Shown piece by piece: positions 1 through 7,851 of a stretch of DNA of 13,536 bases (its first letter is position 1; each line of letters starts with the position of its first letter). Under the pieces are notes generated by a model. The model ran no database searches, was not told the DNA's origin, and worked only from the letters and a program-made list of their open reading frames with translations. Source of the DNA: Planctomycetota bacterium (GTDB lineage Bacteria; Planctomycetota; Planctomycetia; Pirellulales; Lacipirellulaceae); NCBI GenBank assembly GCA_039190745.1, contig JBCCXZ010000082.1, forward strand, positions 1-13,536, written 5' to 3'. The position numbers and the translations under genes are program-made.

Positions 1-3
1 AAG

Positions 4-77
4 TCGGGCCGACTGGATTCGAACCAGCGACCTTTTGACCCCCAGTCAAACGCGCTACCAGACTGCGCCACGGCCCG
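4..77 (-). tRNA. tRNA-Pro(GGG), 3' CCA not encoded
   Basis: Reverse complement reads CGGGCCGTGGCGCAGTCTGGTAGCGCGTTTGACTGGGGGTCAAAAGGTCGCTGGTTCGAATCCAGTCGGCCCGA. Acceptor stem CGGGCCG/CGGCCCG, anticodon arm TTTGA-CTGGGGG-TCAAA, T-loop GTTCGAATC. Followed by CTT rather than CCA. Confidence 0.97.
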
Positions 78-85
78 AGTCCGTC

Positions 86-114
86 AGTATATGCGCCTCC
101 CCTAAGCACACCAA
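86..114 (-). promoter_or_regulatory. Candidate sigma70-type promoter for tRNA-Pro
   Basis: TTGGTG (114..109), 17 nt spacer, TATACT (91..86). Predicted start site lies about 2-3 nt before the tRNA 5' end at 77. Confidence 0.5.
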
Positions 115-177
115 GCCCCAGGAAGACACTTTCCCAGTGCCCGTTACGCCAGATTCTCGTATCGAATCAACCGGCCT

Positions 178-213
178 CAAAAGCAACGAGCGGCCCGAAG
201 CCGCCGACCGCTG
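178..213 (-). terminator. Possible intrinsic terminator after the small lipoprotein gene
   Basis: Minus strand CAGCGGTCGGCGGC-TTCGG-GCCGCTCGTTG-CTTTT directly after the stop at 217: a GC stem-loop followed by a short U tract. Confidence 0.45.
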
Positions 214-216
214 GCG

Positions 217-447
217 TCAAGGCGAGGGCAGCGTGGACGGCGCCTCAATGACCGTAGCCGCAGCAGGCTCGACCACGGCCGGAGCCGGAGTCGTCTGCAT
301 CAACGCTACTTGGGTTTCGAGTTCGCGCAACCGCGCGTCGCGCGTCGCGGCGTGCCGCACCATCCTTGCCCGTACACGGCGACGCCCGCACCCGTAATGA
401 CTCATGCAGAGGACAACCAACAGCATCACTAGGATACTCCTTCTCAT
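217..447 (-). CDS. Small (76 aa) putative lipoprotein with Arg-rich, helical and Pro/Ala-rich segments
   Basis: ATG at 447 has AGGAGG (460..455) 7 nt upstream. The ORF-track start at 582 overlaps the upstream gene. MRRSILVMLLVVLCMSHYGC is a basic N-terminus, hydrophobic core and lipobox-like GC. Confidence 0.7.
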   Translation of the reverse strand: MRRSILVMLLVVLCMSHYGCGRRRVRARMVRHAATRDARLRELETQVALMQTTPAPAVVEPAAATVIEAPSTLPSP

Positions 448-508
448 CACAACGCCTCCTTGCGTTAAGCGAAAACTGAAGACTGCTCCCCCGAACCGGC
501 GATACCGG

Positions 509-2527
509 CTACTCTCGTGAGTGCCGCCGAAGCCCGCGTCGAGGCGCCCAACACGCGATGAAGACCACTGCCAGGCCCACACCGCATGGCTCAGGCACCG
601 GCACGCTCAGATCCAGTCCGAGCGATAGCAAGTAGGCATCGGAGAACCCGCCGTTTGCGGATGTGAGCGATCCCTCAGTGAAGCCGCCCAGGAACACCCC
701 GTCGGCGCCCACATCAAGGAACGCCCGTTCGTCGCGTTCGGTGCCGAGTTGCACGACATTGGTCAGGATGCCGTCGAGAGTCATCGTCGCCGCGTACACA
801 TCGGTCAACCCAGCGTTCTCGAAACCCTCGAAGGAGCCCCACGTGTAGCCCGAGAGGTAGAGCAAACCGTCGTGGACTACTAGGCGTCGGACGTCGTCGC
901 CCCCATCGGTCCCTACGTGCCGGGTCCACACTACCCGCTCGCCGTCGGGCGCATCGGGATCAATCTTTGTGACGAAACCGTCTCCATCGCCGAGCTGCGA
1001 TCCGTCGCCGCCCATGTCGCCGTAGGTATGCCCACCGACATAGACATAACCGTCTTGATCGACGACAGTCGACCACGCCCATTCCGTGTCGCCATCGGAG
1101 CTGCCCCACTGCTCGACCCACTGCAGGTTGCCGTCCTGGTCGAACGACGAAAGCCACACATCGCGCGACGAGCCGGGCTCTTGCTGCTCGGCCTCAAAGT
1201 CGCCGATCACCCAACCCGACGAATAAATCGACCCCTCGCCCGGGACCCCGCCTGCGTTCGGACTAAACGCGACCTGACCCCACGGCTCTTTGTTAGTGCC
1301 GGCTCCGTAGGTCCGGCGCCACACCAGCGAAAGGTCGTCGCGGCGCCGCTTCTCGACAAACGGGTCCTGGTCCCCCGTCTGATTCGGGTCGTTGATATCG
1401 CGGCCGATACCAACCGTATAGACGTACTCGCTGTTGTCGAGCGTCAGCCCGCCGCCGAACTGAGTCCCGGGCCCGCCCCAAAGGGCTTCGGCCGCGATCT
1501 GCCCACTCTCCGTGTCGATCTTCGTGATGAACTCGTCCTTCTGGCCGATCGGGCCTTCCCCCAGGTAACGACCGGTGAGGTACAACCCCTCGCCGTCGAC
1601 GTCGGCGTCGAGAGCAAGGTCCAGCGTTCCCGCCTCAGAACCGAACTGCCTCAGCCAGACGCGCGAACCGTCCGGGCGGTACTTCGCCGCGAACAGGGCG
1701 CCGGCGCCCCGGGCGTCCGCGTGGATCGGCCGCAGGTCCTCTCGCGTCATGCCAATCACGTAGGCGTCTCCGTTCGCGTCGACTTCCACGTCCATGATGA
1801 GGTTGGCCCCAAGCCCCCCGATCTGCGAGAAGCCGGAGGCGATCGCGGGAGAAGCACTGGGCAGGTCTGCGGGCGTCACATACTCGAACAGCGGCGCCGC
1901 CGAATTGCTCAGTGTCGTATCTTTGACAAAGCCGACCATGTCGGCCGAACCGCCCGCTGTGTAGAAAACCGCCGAGCCCGTCTCGAACTCGGTGCTCACG
2001 GGAACCACGGTGTAGTCTGCCGGCGAGCCGTGCAGCCGCACCGTCGTGCCCGGCTCGACGCCGATCACACGCATGAAGTCGTTGTCGACGCCCGTCGTCT
2101 CTTGACCGCTCAGGTAATAGGGCTTCCGCTCGTCGCCGAGAAGGTAAAGGTCGCCGACGATGTCCTCCGAAGCACGGTTAACCGAGCCGTACGCGGCGAT
2201 CACTGTCCCGGCCCCCGGCATTTCGTCTTGCGGATTGACGGCGCTCAACACGTCGTATCCTCCGCGTTCGCCCGTGATCAGCGGGGTGACGTAGATCGCG
2301 GAGAACTCGTAGTCGTCTCCAGGAACGCCCTGCGTAAAGTCACTGCCGACCGACACCGCGCCCGGGTCTTCTCGACGACCGGGGATCTGAAGCTGCGGGT
2401 GGGCGAGCAAGCTTTCCGCCGCAATCTCGGCCAAGTCGGCGGGCTGGGCGTACACGCGGAGAGGAGTCGCCGCAACACCGAAGACGAACGAAAGACACAG
2501 CGCGAGCGCAGTCCGAGAACAGATCAT
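509..2527 (-). CDS. Secreted PEP-CTERM protein with SBBP-type beta-propeller repeats (672 aa)
   Basis: Signal peptide ending VYA|Q. Repeated blades such as DVEVDANGDAYVIGMT...AKYRPDGSRVWLRQFG and VVDQDGYVYVGGHTYG...DGFVTKID...WTRHVGT. C-terminal VPVPEP, hydrophobic helix and basic tail (RRGLRR). Confidence 0.88.
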   Translation of the reverse strand: MICSRTALALCLSFVFGVAATPLRVYAQPADLAEIAAESLLAHPQLQIPGRREDPGAVSVGSDFTQGVPGDDYEFSAIYVTPLITGERGGYDVLSAVNPQDEMPGAGTVIAAYGSVNRASEDIVGDLYLLGDERKPYYLSGQETTGVDNDFMRVIGVEPGTTVRLHGSPADYTVVPVSTEFETGSAVFYTAGGSADMVGFVKDTTLSNSAAPLFEYVTPADLPSASPAIASGFSQIGGLGANLIMDVEVDANGDAYVIGMTREDLRPIHADARGAGALFAAKYRPDGSRVWLRQFGSEAGTLDLALDADVDGEGLYLTGRYLGEGPIGQKDEFITKIDTESGQIAAEALWGGPGTQFGGGLTLDNSEYVYTVGIGRDINDPNQTGDQDPFVEKRRRDDLSLVWRRTYGAGTNKEPWGQVAFSPNAGGVPGEGSIYSSGWVIGDFEAEQQEPGSSRDVWLSSFDQDGNLQWVEQWGSSDGDTEWAWSTVVDQDGYVYVGGHTYGDMGGDGSQLGDGDGFVTKIDPDAPDGERVVWTRHVGTDGGDDVRRLVVHDGLLYLSGYTWGSFEGFENAGLTDVYAATMTLDGILTNVVQLGTERDERAFLDVGADGVFLGGFTEGSLTSANGGFSDAYLLSLGLDLSVPVPEPCGVGLAVVFIACWAPRRGLRRHSRE

Positions 2528-2558
2528 GAGCAGCCTCTTCGGGTCGGAGAAATCACCC

Positions 2559-2579
2559 GCGGCTAGTTCCGGTAGCCGC
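2559..2579. other. Perfect 7-bp intergenic hairpin GCGGCTA-N7-TAGCCGC
   Basis: Seen between the anti-sigma stop (2606) and the beta-propeller start (2527). No U tract follows on the minus strand, so it is not called a terminator. Confidence 0.5.
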
Positions 2580-2605
2580 AGAAAAGCAACGCATTCGATA
2601 GCCGT

Positions 2606-3574
2606 TCAACGCAAATTGGTTCTTCCCGCGTGGGATTCAGGTTCAAAGAAGGCCGGATCGAGCTCGAGTTGATCCGCGAGCGTCGCGGTCAGGCCTTGGA
2701 CTCGGCGGAGCCCCGCCACGACGAATTCGACCTCGACCCGCAAGGCGGCGCCGGTCGCCGCGTCGGGCCAGACGACGACCGAGCGGGCACGCGTCCGTCG
2801 CCCGGGTTTTGCCGTCGCGAGGACAGGTCGGCACGAGACGCCTTCAACACCAGGGAGTGGAGCGGGAGCAAGCAGTTCCAGGTCGTAGTCTGCGGGCAGC
2901 TCCACCAGAAGCCCGTGCAGCGTGACCTGTCTTGCCAAGACACGCCGGGCACGCATCTCCCCGAGGGTCTCATCGCCATCATCGGATGACCATGTCGATT
3001 CGCCAAACAACATCCACTGCCATGCACCGGAAGACCCGGCAACCGCGGGCTGCAACGGAGAGTCTCTGAAAATGGCGACAAACCTGTCTGTCGACTGGCT
3101 GTAGAGTTCGACGCGGCGTTCCGAAGATGCGCCGCGACCGTAGCGGACAACAACGTTGTAAACGCGTGTGATCGGTGATTCGATCGCCGCAATCGCCCGG
3201 TCGATCGCCGCCTCAGCCGACACCAATGGGGCGGCCGCCCAGAACACAAACGCGAACAGCAACGCCACAACCGACAGTGCCGTAGTCGGCAAGGCAAGCC
3301 GACGCAGGCGCCGCGATGCCGGGAGCACCCTCGACCGAGCCGCAACGGCGCCTACCCGCTCGCCCTCAAAGCGAGCCAGCAGGGCCGACACCCGCGCTTC
3401 CGATTCCGCCGAGTCTTCGTAGAGGGTCGTCAGCAAACCGTGCACCAACTGTTGCCGCGCGACAGCCAGCGGGTCGTGCGCGGCGGGAGTAGACGAGTTG
3501 GCGGGCGCGGCCTCACCCCCATCGAGCCAACCGTAGTGCTCCGCATCGGGTCCTTGATTGTCGGGAGCACTCAT
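2606..3574 (-). CDS. Putative membrane-anchored anti-sigma factor (322 aa) with a beta-rich extracytoplasmic domain
   Basis: ATG at 3574 overlaps the sigma TGA (ATGA, 3574..3571). The protein has a short N-terminal cytoplasmic part, a basic patch RRLRR, one TM helix (ALSVVALLFAFVFWAAAPL) and a C-terminal domain of about 200 aa. Function is inferred from position and topology. Confidence 0.72.
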   Translation of the reverse strand: MSAPDNQGPDAEHYGWLDGGEAAPANSSTPAAHDPLAVARQQLVHGLLTTLYEDSAESEARVSALLARFEGERVGAVAARSRVLPASRRLRRLALPTTALSVVALLFAFVFWAAAPLVSAEAAIDRAIAAIESPITRVYNVVVRYGRGASSERRVELYSQSTDRFVAIFRDSPLQPAVAGSSGAWQWMLFGESTWSSDDGDETLGEMRARRVLARQVTLHGLLVELPADYDLELLAPAPLPGVEGVSCRPVLATAKPGRRTRARSVVVWPDAATGAALRVEVEFVVAGLRRVQGLTATLADQLELDPAFFEPESHAGRTNLR

Positions 3575-4104
3575 GCAAGCGCCTCCCCAAGCCGGAGCTG
3601 CATGCATTCGGCCAACGCTTCCCGCGCCCGCTGCAATTGCTTGCGGACGGTCGCCGGCCGCGTTCCGTTCTTGGCGGAGATCGCATCCGCCGAACACCCC
3701 GCTTCGTAACGGTCTGCGATCAATTGACGCGACCTCTCGGGCAACTGCGAGACGCAGTCCTCCAGCGTCCGCAATCGCTCACGCCAAGTATCCCCTTCTG
3801 CTGAATCGATCTGCGCGACCGCGTCCTCTACCAAGGCGGCCACTTCATCTCCGACAACTAGGAAGTCGCGGGCACGTTTGCGGGCCGCGTTGCGAACCAA
3901 GTTGAAAGCGATGCCCCGGAGCCAAGGCCCCAGGGGCTGAGACTGATCGAAGTCGCCAAACCTCCGCCATGCGGTAATGAGCGTCTCTTGGAACAGGTCA
4001 TCCACCAGACCGGGATCACGAACCAAGGCGCGCAGGTAAGCAGTTAAGCAGCCCTCGTTCTCACGTACGAGCGTCTCGAAGAGTTTCTGGGGGATGTCGG
4101 TCAT
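3571..4104 (-). CDS. ECF RNA polymerase sigma-70 factor, resembling the Rhodopirellula/Verrucomicrobium family (177 aa)
   Basis: Region 2 DDLFQETLITAWRRFGDFD...PWLRGIAFNLVRN. Region 4 LEDCVSQLPERSRQLIADRY...TVRKQLQRAREALAEC. ATG at 4104 is preceded by GAGGTG. Confidence 0.93.
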   Translation of the reverse strand: MTDIPQKLFETLVRENEGCLTAYLRALVRDPGLVDDLFQETLITAWRRFGDFDQSQPLGPWLRGIAFNLVRNAARKRARDFLVVGDEVAALVEDAVAQIDSAEGDTWRERLRTLEDCVSQLPERSRQLIADRYEAGCSADAISAKNGTRPATVRKQLQRAREALAECMQLRLGEALA

Positions 4105-4560
4105 GAGCACCTCTGAAGACTATTGTCCTGCAGACTGTTAGCGTGACAGCCCGGGCAGAAAATTCTCCGAAAGGGCAGGGCGGTTACCCACCCAGTGCCG
4201 CTAGCAGCCACTCCTTAGGGCACTGCCATGCAGTAATCTGCGGCAGATCGGTGCCATGTACTACAAATCACAGCGCCAGGAGCTCAGCCTTCTGCACTGG
4301 ACCAACCGCAAGCCGACAGCCTCGGGGAGATCAAACGACAAGGCGCGTAGTTCCCGCCAACAAGCGACGGCCCAGCAAGGGCCCAGGAATCCGGCGAAGC
4401 GCTTGTGAGAGGAGAAAGCAAAGGCCCACTAAAAGGCCAATGCCGGCAAGCAATGAGACCCGAACGCGGCCCCTGGATAAGGCGCGGAGCAAACGAGTTC
4501 ACCACCCACTCGATCCCCGGCAGTCGAATGCCGGTCCGTCGAAAGGAGCACGAATCGAAG

Positions 4561-4634
<74 letters not shown>

Positions 4635-4697
4635 TCCGGGCAGGCCCGCGGCCCTGGGTTCCCCCAACGGCCGGCAGCACACTCGCCCAAGCAGCGT

Positions 4698-4726
4698 AAT
4701 ATAGCCAGCCGCAAAACGACCGGCAA
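4698..4726 (-). promoter_or_regulatory. Sigma70-type promoter for tRNA-Asp
   Basis: TTGCCG (4726..4721), 17 nt spacer, TATATT (4703..4698), about 60 nt upstream of the tRNA. Confidence 0.65.
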
Positions 4727-4749
4727 GGCGGCCCGTGCATGTCGACCGG

Positions 4750-6645
4750 CTACTTGCCCGGCAGGTGCCAAACGGCCGTGTCTGCCGGGTCTCCCGAGCT
4801 CAGCGACGCTTCGATTCGTGAGGACAACGCCTGGCTTGCACGGTCCTCGGGGAAGTCCTTGAGCAGCCGGTTCACCAGCGCCTGCGCCTCCTCAACCTCC
4901 TTCCGCTCCAGGGCATCCAAGGCGGCCTCGTACCGCTCCTGCAGTTGTGGCCAAGCTTCGACCGGCTCGCAAGGCGTCTCGTAGAGATCAATCGGCTGCT
5001 CGATATTCACCACCCGCACCTTCGCCAGCCTCCGCGCCGGGGGACGCGGCTTGAGCAGTTCCAGCGTCGTGCCGGTCACCAGGCAATCCGAACCCAGGTA
5101 CTTCGTCGCCCCCTGCACCCGGCTGGCGATGTTCACCGAGTCGCCCAGCGGCCCGTATTTGAATTTCTGCCGCGTGCCCGTGTTGCCCACCCGGCACACT
5201 CCGGAGTTGAGCCCGATGCCCAGCCGCATCGCTACGCCCAGCCGGTCGGCCCAACGCTCGTTGATCGACGGCAACATGCGCTGCATCTGGTGCGCCGCCC
5301 GACACGCCAGCTCGGCGTGGTCCGGCTGCGAGAGCGGAGCCCCCCACATCGCCATCAGCTCGTCGCCCAGGTAGTCGACCAAGACGCCGCTGCACTCGAG
5401 CACACACTCGCTCAGCGCACCCATCGTGTCCTGGATCCAGTCCATCGTCGCGGTCGGGCCGAGCCGCTCGCTGATCTTGCTGAACCCACGGATGTCGGCG
5501 AACAGGATGGTCGTCTCCGCGTCGCGTCCCTCAAGCAGCCGCGGGTCACGCTCCAGGTGCTCCGCAAGCTGCGGCGTGAAGAACTGCTCGAACTGGACCC
5601 GCGCTTTCACGGCCGCCTCTTCTTCTTTCACACGCGCCAGCCCGCCCGCGATGCCGCTCGCCAGCAGCTCGACCAGCTTCGCCTCGAAGGAACTGATTTC
5701 GGGCATCTCGTGGATCGAGCCCCCGCCGCGGCGGTCGCCGTACAAGGCGCCGATTACGTTGTCGTCGCCGTCGAGGATCGGGGCGCTCACGAGCGCCACC
5801 ACGTCCTGCAGGCTGTCGGCCGAGTCGGGCACATTCGCCGGCACGTGCCGGAAGGTACGCTTCTCGGTGCGCACCCGGCCCAGCAGCGTCTGGCTCGGCG
5901 CCCAATTGGCGGTCGTCACGTTCGGGTCGTCCGAGTGCAACGCCGCTACGTCCCACCGGCCCTCTGCGGTGCAGTGCAGCATCGCCGCCGCATCCAGGCC
6001 GATGATCTTCACCAACGCCTGCGCCGCATGAAGCGGGAAGTTGCTGGTCGTCGCCGCGCTCTGGAACACCAGCAGCACCGTCTCCAGCCACCGCAAGAGC
6101 AGCCGCTCGTCCATCGTGTCGAGGTTCAGCCGGCTCAGGCGCGCCTCGACCGACTGCGAACCCGGCGCCATCGTCCGCTCCGGCAGCGGCTCAAGCTGCA
6201 TGTCGTCTTCTTCCGGCGGGTCGACCCGCACGGCGAACGAACTGAACTGCACCAGCAGGGGCACCTCGGCCACCTGCTTCTCACCCGGGCCGAGCCGCGT
6301 GTTCGGCGAGAGCCGCACCGACATCGCCCCGCTCAGGTTCTTCACCTCAACCTGGCGCCCGTCGTCAAGCGGCGTCAACAAGAGCTGCGACCTCGAGACG
6401 TCGAGGTCGTCGAGCGCAGCCACGATCAGCCGAGAACGATCCGCCAGGTCCTCGCGGTGTACCGGCGGTTGCTCGCCCACCCGCTGCCGCCCCACCTCGA
6501 TGGGGCAGTCGAGCACCGTCCCGTGGATCCGTTGGTGCCCCTGATAGATAAGCACCTGGGCATGCTCGGAGGGCTCGGCCGAGTAGCCTTCGAGGGTTCG
6601 CTCAGCAGAAGCGGTGTGTTCAGGAGAAGGCGAAGGGTGTTCCAT
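4750..6645 (-). CDS. Class III adenylate/guanylate cyclase with N-terminal FHA-like and GAF domains (631 aa)
   Basis: Catalytic motifs TILFADIRGFS, DYLGDELMAMWGAP, GIGLNSG and GDSVNIASRVQG. FHA-like IEVGRQ...DVSRSQLLL...VKNLS. GAF-like PSQTLLGRV...LVSAPILDGDDNVIGALYGDR. Short helical (TPR-like) tail. Start moved to ATG 6645 because the upstream 96 codons run through a promoter and hairpin region. Confidence 0.9.
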   Translation of the reverse strand: MEHPSPSPEHTASAERTLEGYSAEPSEHAQVLIYQGHQRIHGTVLDCPIEVGRQRVGEQPPVHREDLADRSRLIVAALDDLDVSRSQLLLTPLDDGRQVEVKNLSGAMSVRLSPNTRLGPGEKQVAEVPLLVQFSSFAVRVDPPEEDDMQLEPLPERTMAPGSQSVEARLSRLNLDTMDERLLLRWLETVLLVFQSAATTSNFPLHAAQALVKIIGLDAAAMLHCTAEGRWDVAALHSDDPNVTTANWAPSQTLLGRVRTEKRTFRHVPANVPDSADSLQDVVALVSAPILDGDDNVIGALYGDRRGGGSIHEMPEISSFEAKLVELLASGIAGGLARVKEEEAAVKARVQFEQFFTPQLAEHLERDPRLLEGRDAETTILFADIRGFSKISERLGPTATMDWIQDTMGALSECVLECSGVLVDYLGDELMAMWGAPLSQPDHAELACRAAHQMQRMLPSINERWADRLGVAMRLGIGLNSGVCRVGNTGTRQKFKYGPLGDSVNIASRVQGATKYLGSDCLVTGTTLELLKPRPPARRLAKVRVVNIEQPIDLYETPCEPVEAWPQLQERYEAALDALERKEVEEAQALVNRLLKDFPEDRASQALSSRIEASLSSGDPADTAVWHLPGK

Positions 6646-6724
6646 CGGCCATGCCGCAACGGGGCGGGAACTCGGTGTCCGGGGCCGCAAACCGGCCACG
6701 ACGCGGCACCCGGTCAGCCCATCT

Positions 6725-6753
6725 ATCCTAGTCGGTCGAGCTACTCGCCGCAA
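6725..6753 (-). promoter_or_regulatory. Candidate sigma70-type promoter for the cyclase
   Basis: TTGCGG (6753..6748), 17 nt spacer, TAGGAT (6730..6725), about 80 nt before ATG 6645. Confidence 0.5.
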
Positions 6754-6821
6754 AGCCGGCGGCTCGCCCCGCTCACCCCCAGCGAAACCGAAAGGATCGT
6801 CTGTTCCGAACAGGCAACACC

Positions 6822-6939
6822 TGCGGATTGCGGGTCGACGCCGTGCGTAGCAGGACTGCCTAGCGGGAGCACCGCTACGCCGTCCGCAGCGTCCTACAAT
6901 GCCGCCCCGGCGATGGAACTCCACAACCCACAATCCGCA
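6822..6939. repeat. Intergenic inverted-repeat (REP/MITE-like) element, 118 bp
   Basis: TGCGGATTGCGGGTCG (6822-6837) and CAACCCACAATCCGCA (6924-6939) are 14/16 complementary, and both mismatches are G-U pairs on the minus-strand RNA. Internal hairpin TAGCGG/CCGCTA (6861-6877). Confidence 0.55.
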
Positions 6940-6947
6940 ACGCTTCT

Positions 6948-7646
6948 CTACTCGTCTCCTTCAAACAGCGTCGGGTATACCACCCCCGCGAGCGCCGCAC
7001 CCACAATCGGAGCCACCCAGAACAGCCACAGCTGCTGCAAGGCCCACCCGCCCACGAACACCGCCGGCCCCGTGCTCCGCGCCGGGTTCACCGACAGGTT
7101 CGTCACCGGGATGCCGATCAAGTGGATCAGCGTCAGCCCCAGCCCGATCGCGATCGGCGCAAAGCCCGCCGGCGCCCGCCCGTCGGTCGCACCGAGGATG
7201 ATCATCAGAAAGAAGAACGTCAGCACCACCTCCGCCACAAACCCGGCCGCCATCGAGTACCCGCCTGGGGAGTGCTCGCCGTACCCATTCGATGCGAAGC
7301 CGCCATCGAGCGAGAACCCCTCGGCCCCGCTCGCGATGAAGTACAGCACCGCCGCCCCGCCGATTGCCCCCGCCACCTGCGCCACAACGTACGGCACAAA
7401 GTCACCCGCCGAGAACCGCTTGCCCACCAACAGCCCCACCGACACGGCCGGGTTCAGGTGGCACCCCGAGATGTGCCCAATCGCGTACGCCATCGTTAGC
7501 ACAGTCAGCCCGAAGGCCAGCGACACGCCCAGCCAGCCGATCCCCACGTCCGCCACGCCCGCCGCGAGCACCGCGCTGCCGCACCCGCCGAACGTCAACC
7601 AAAACGTGCCAAAGAACTCCGCCGCACACTTCTGAGTCGTCGTCAT
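6948..7646 (-). CDS. aqpZ: Aquaporin Z (MIP family water channel), 232 aa
   Basis: [34 protein letters not shown] and [15 protein letters not shown]. Two NPA motifs and six hydrophobic helices, closely matching the AqpZ consensus. Confidence 0.96.
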   Translation of the reverse strand: MTTTQKCAAEFFGTFWLTFGGCGSAVLAAGVADVGIGWLGVSLAFGLTVLTMAYAIGHISGCHLNPAVSVGLLVGKRFSAGDFVPYVVAQVAGAIGGAAVLYFIASGAEGFSLDGGFASNGYGEHSPGGYSMAAGFVAEVVLTFFFLMIILGATDGRAPAGFAPIAIGLGLTLIHLIGIPVTNLSVNPARSTGPAVFVGGWALQQLWLFWVAPIVGAALAGVVYPTLFEGDE

Positions 7647-7851
7647 CCCAACCCATCCTTTCCCACTGGTAGTTTCCCGCCCAAACCACGTGCCGCCCCG
7701 CGCGGCGGGCGGCAGTATACCCCAAGCCGGTCACTCAACCGATCGAGAAATCGGTCGGCCTAGAGAGCCCATTTAGCCCGTGGCCAATGGCCGGGGGCAA
7801 ACCACCAAGGCGCAGGGTGGCACAGATTGTCGACCGCAACCAACTCCGCAA

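Noticed and set aside
917..2566. 549-aa + strand ORF (likewise 7780..8622)
   Set aside because: Antisense to well-supported PEP-CTERM genes.
3575..3697. Upstream extension of the anti-sigma ORF (also 6646-6933, 448-582 and 9435-9596 for other genes)
   Set aside because: These overlap neighbouring genes or promoter/hairpin regions. Internal ATGs have better RBS, coupling or signal-peptide support.
4244..4257. Sigma54 promoter (TGGCAC...TGC) upstream of the ECF sigma; similar TGGCAC at 7818 and 13417
   Set aside because: GG-to-GC spacing is 9 nt rather than the required 10, or the -12 element is missing.
4945..7635. 896-aa + strand ORF
   Set aside because: Shadow of the cyclase (in register) and aqpZ, with no domain-like sequence.
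7714..7738. Full sigma70 promoter for aqpZ
   Set aside because: TATACT is present at 7719..7714, but the only good -35 (TTGAGT) is 13 nt away, so it is not supportable as a complete promoter.
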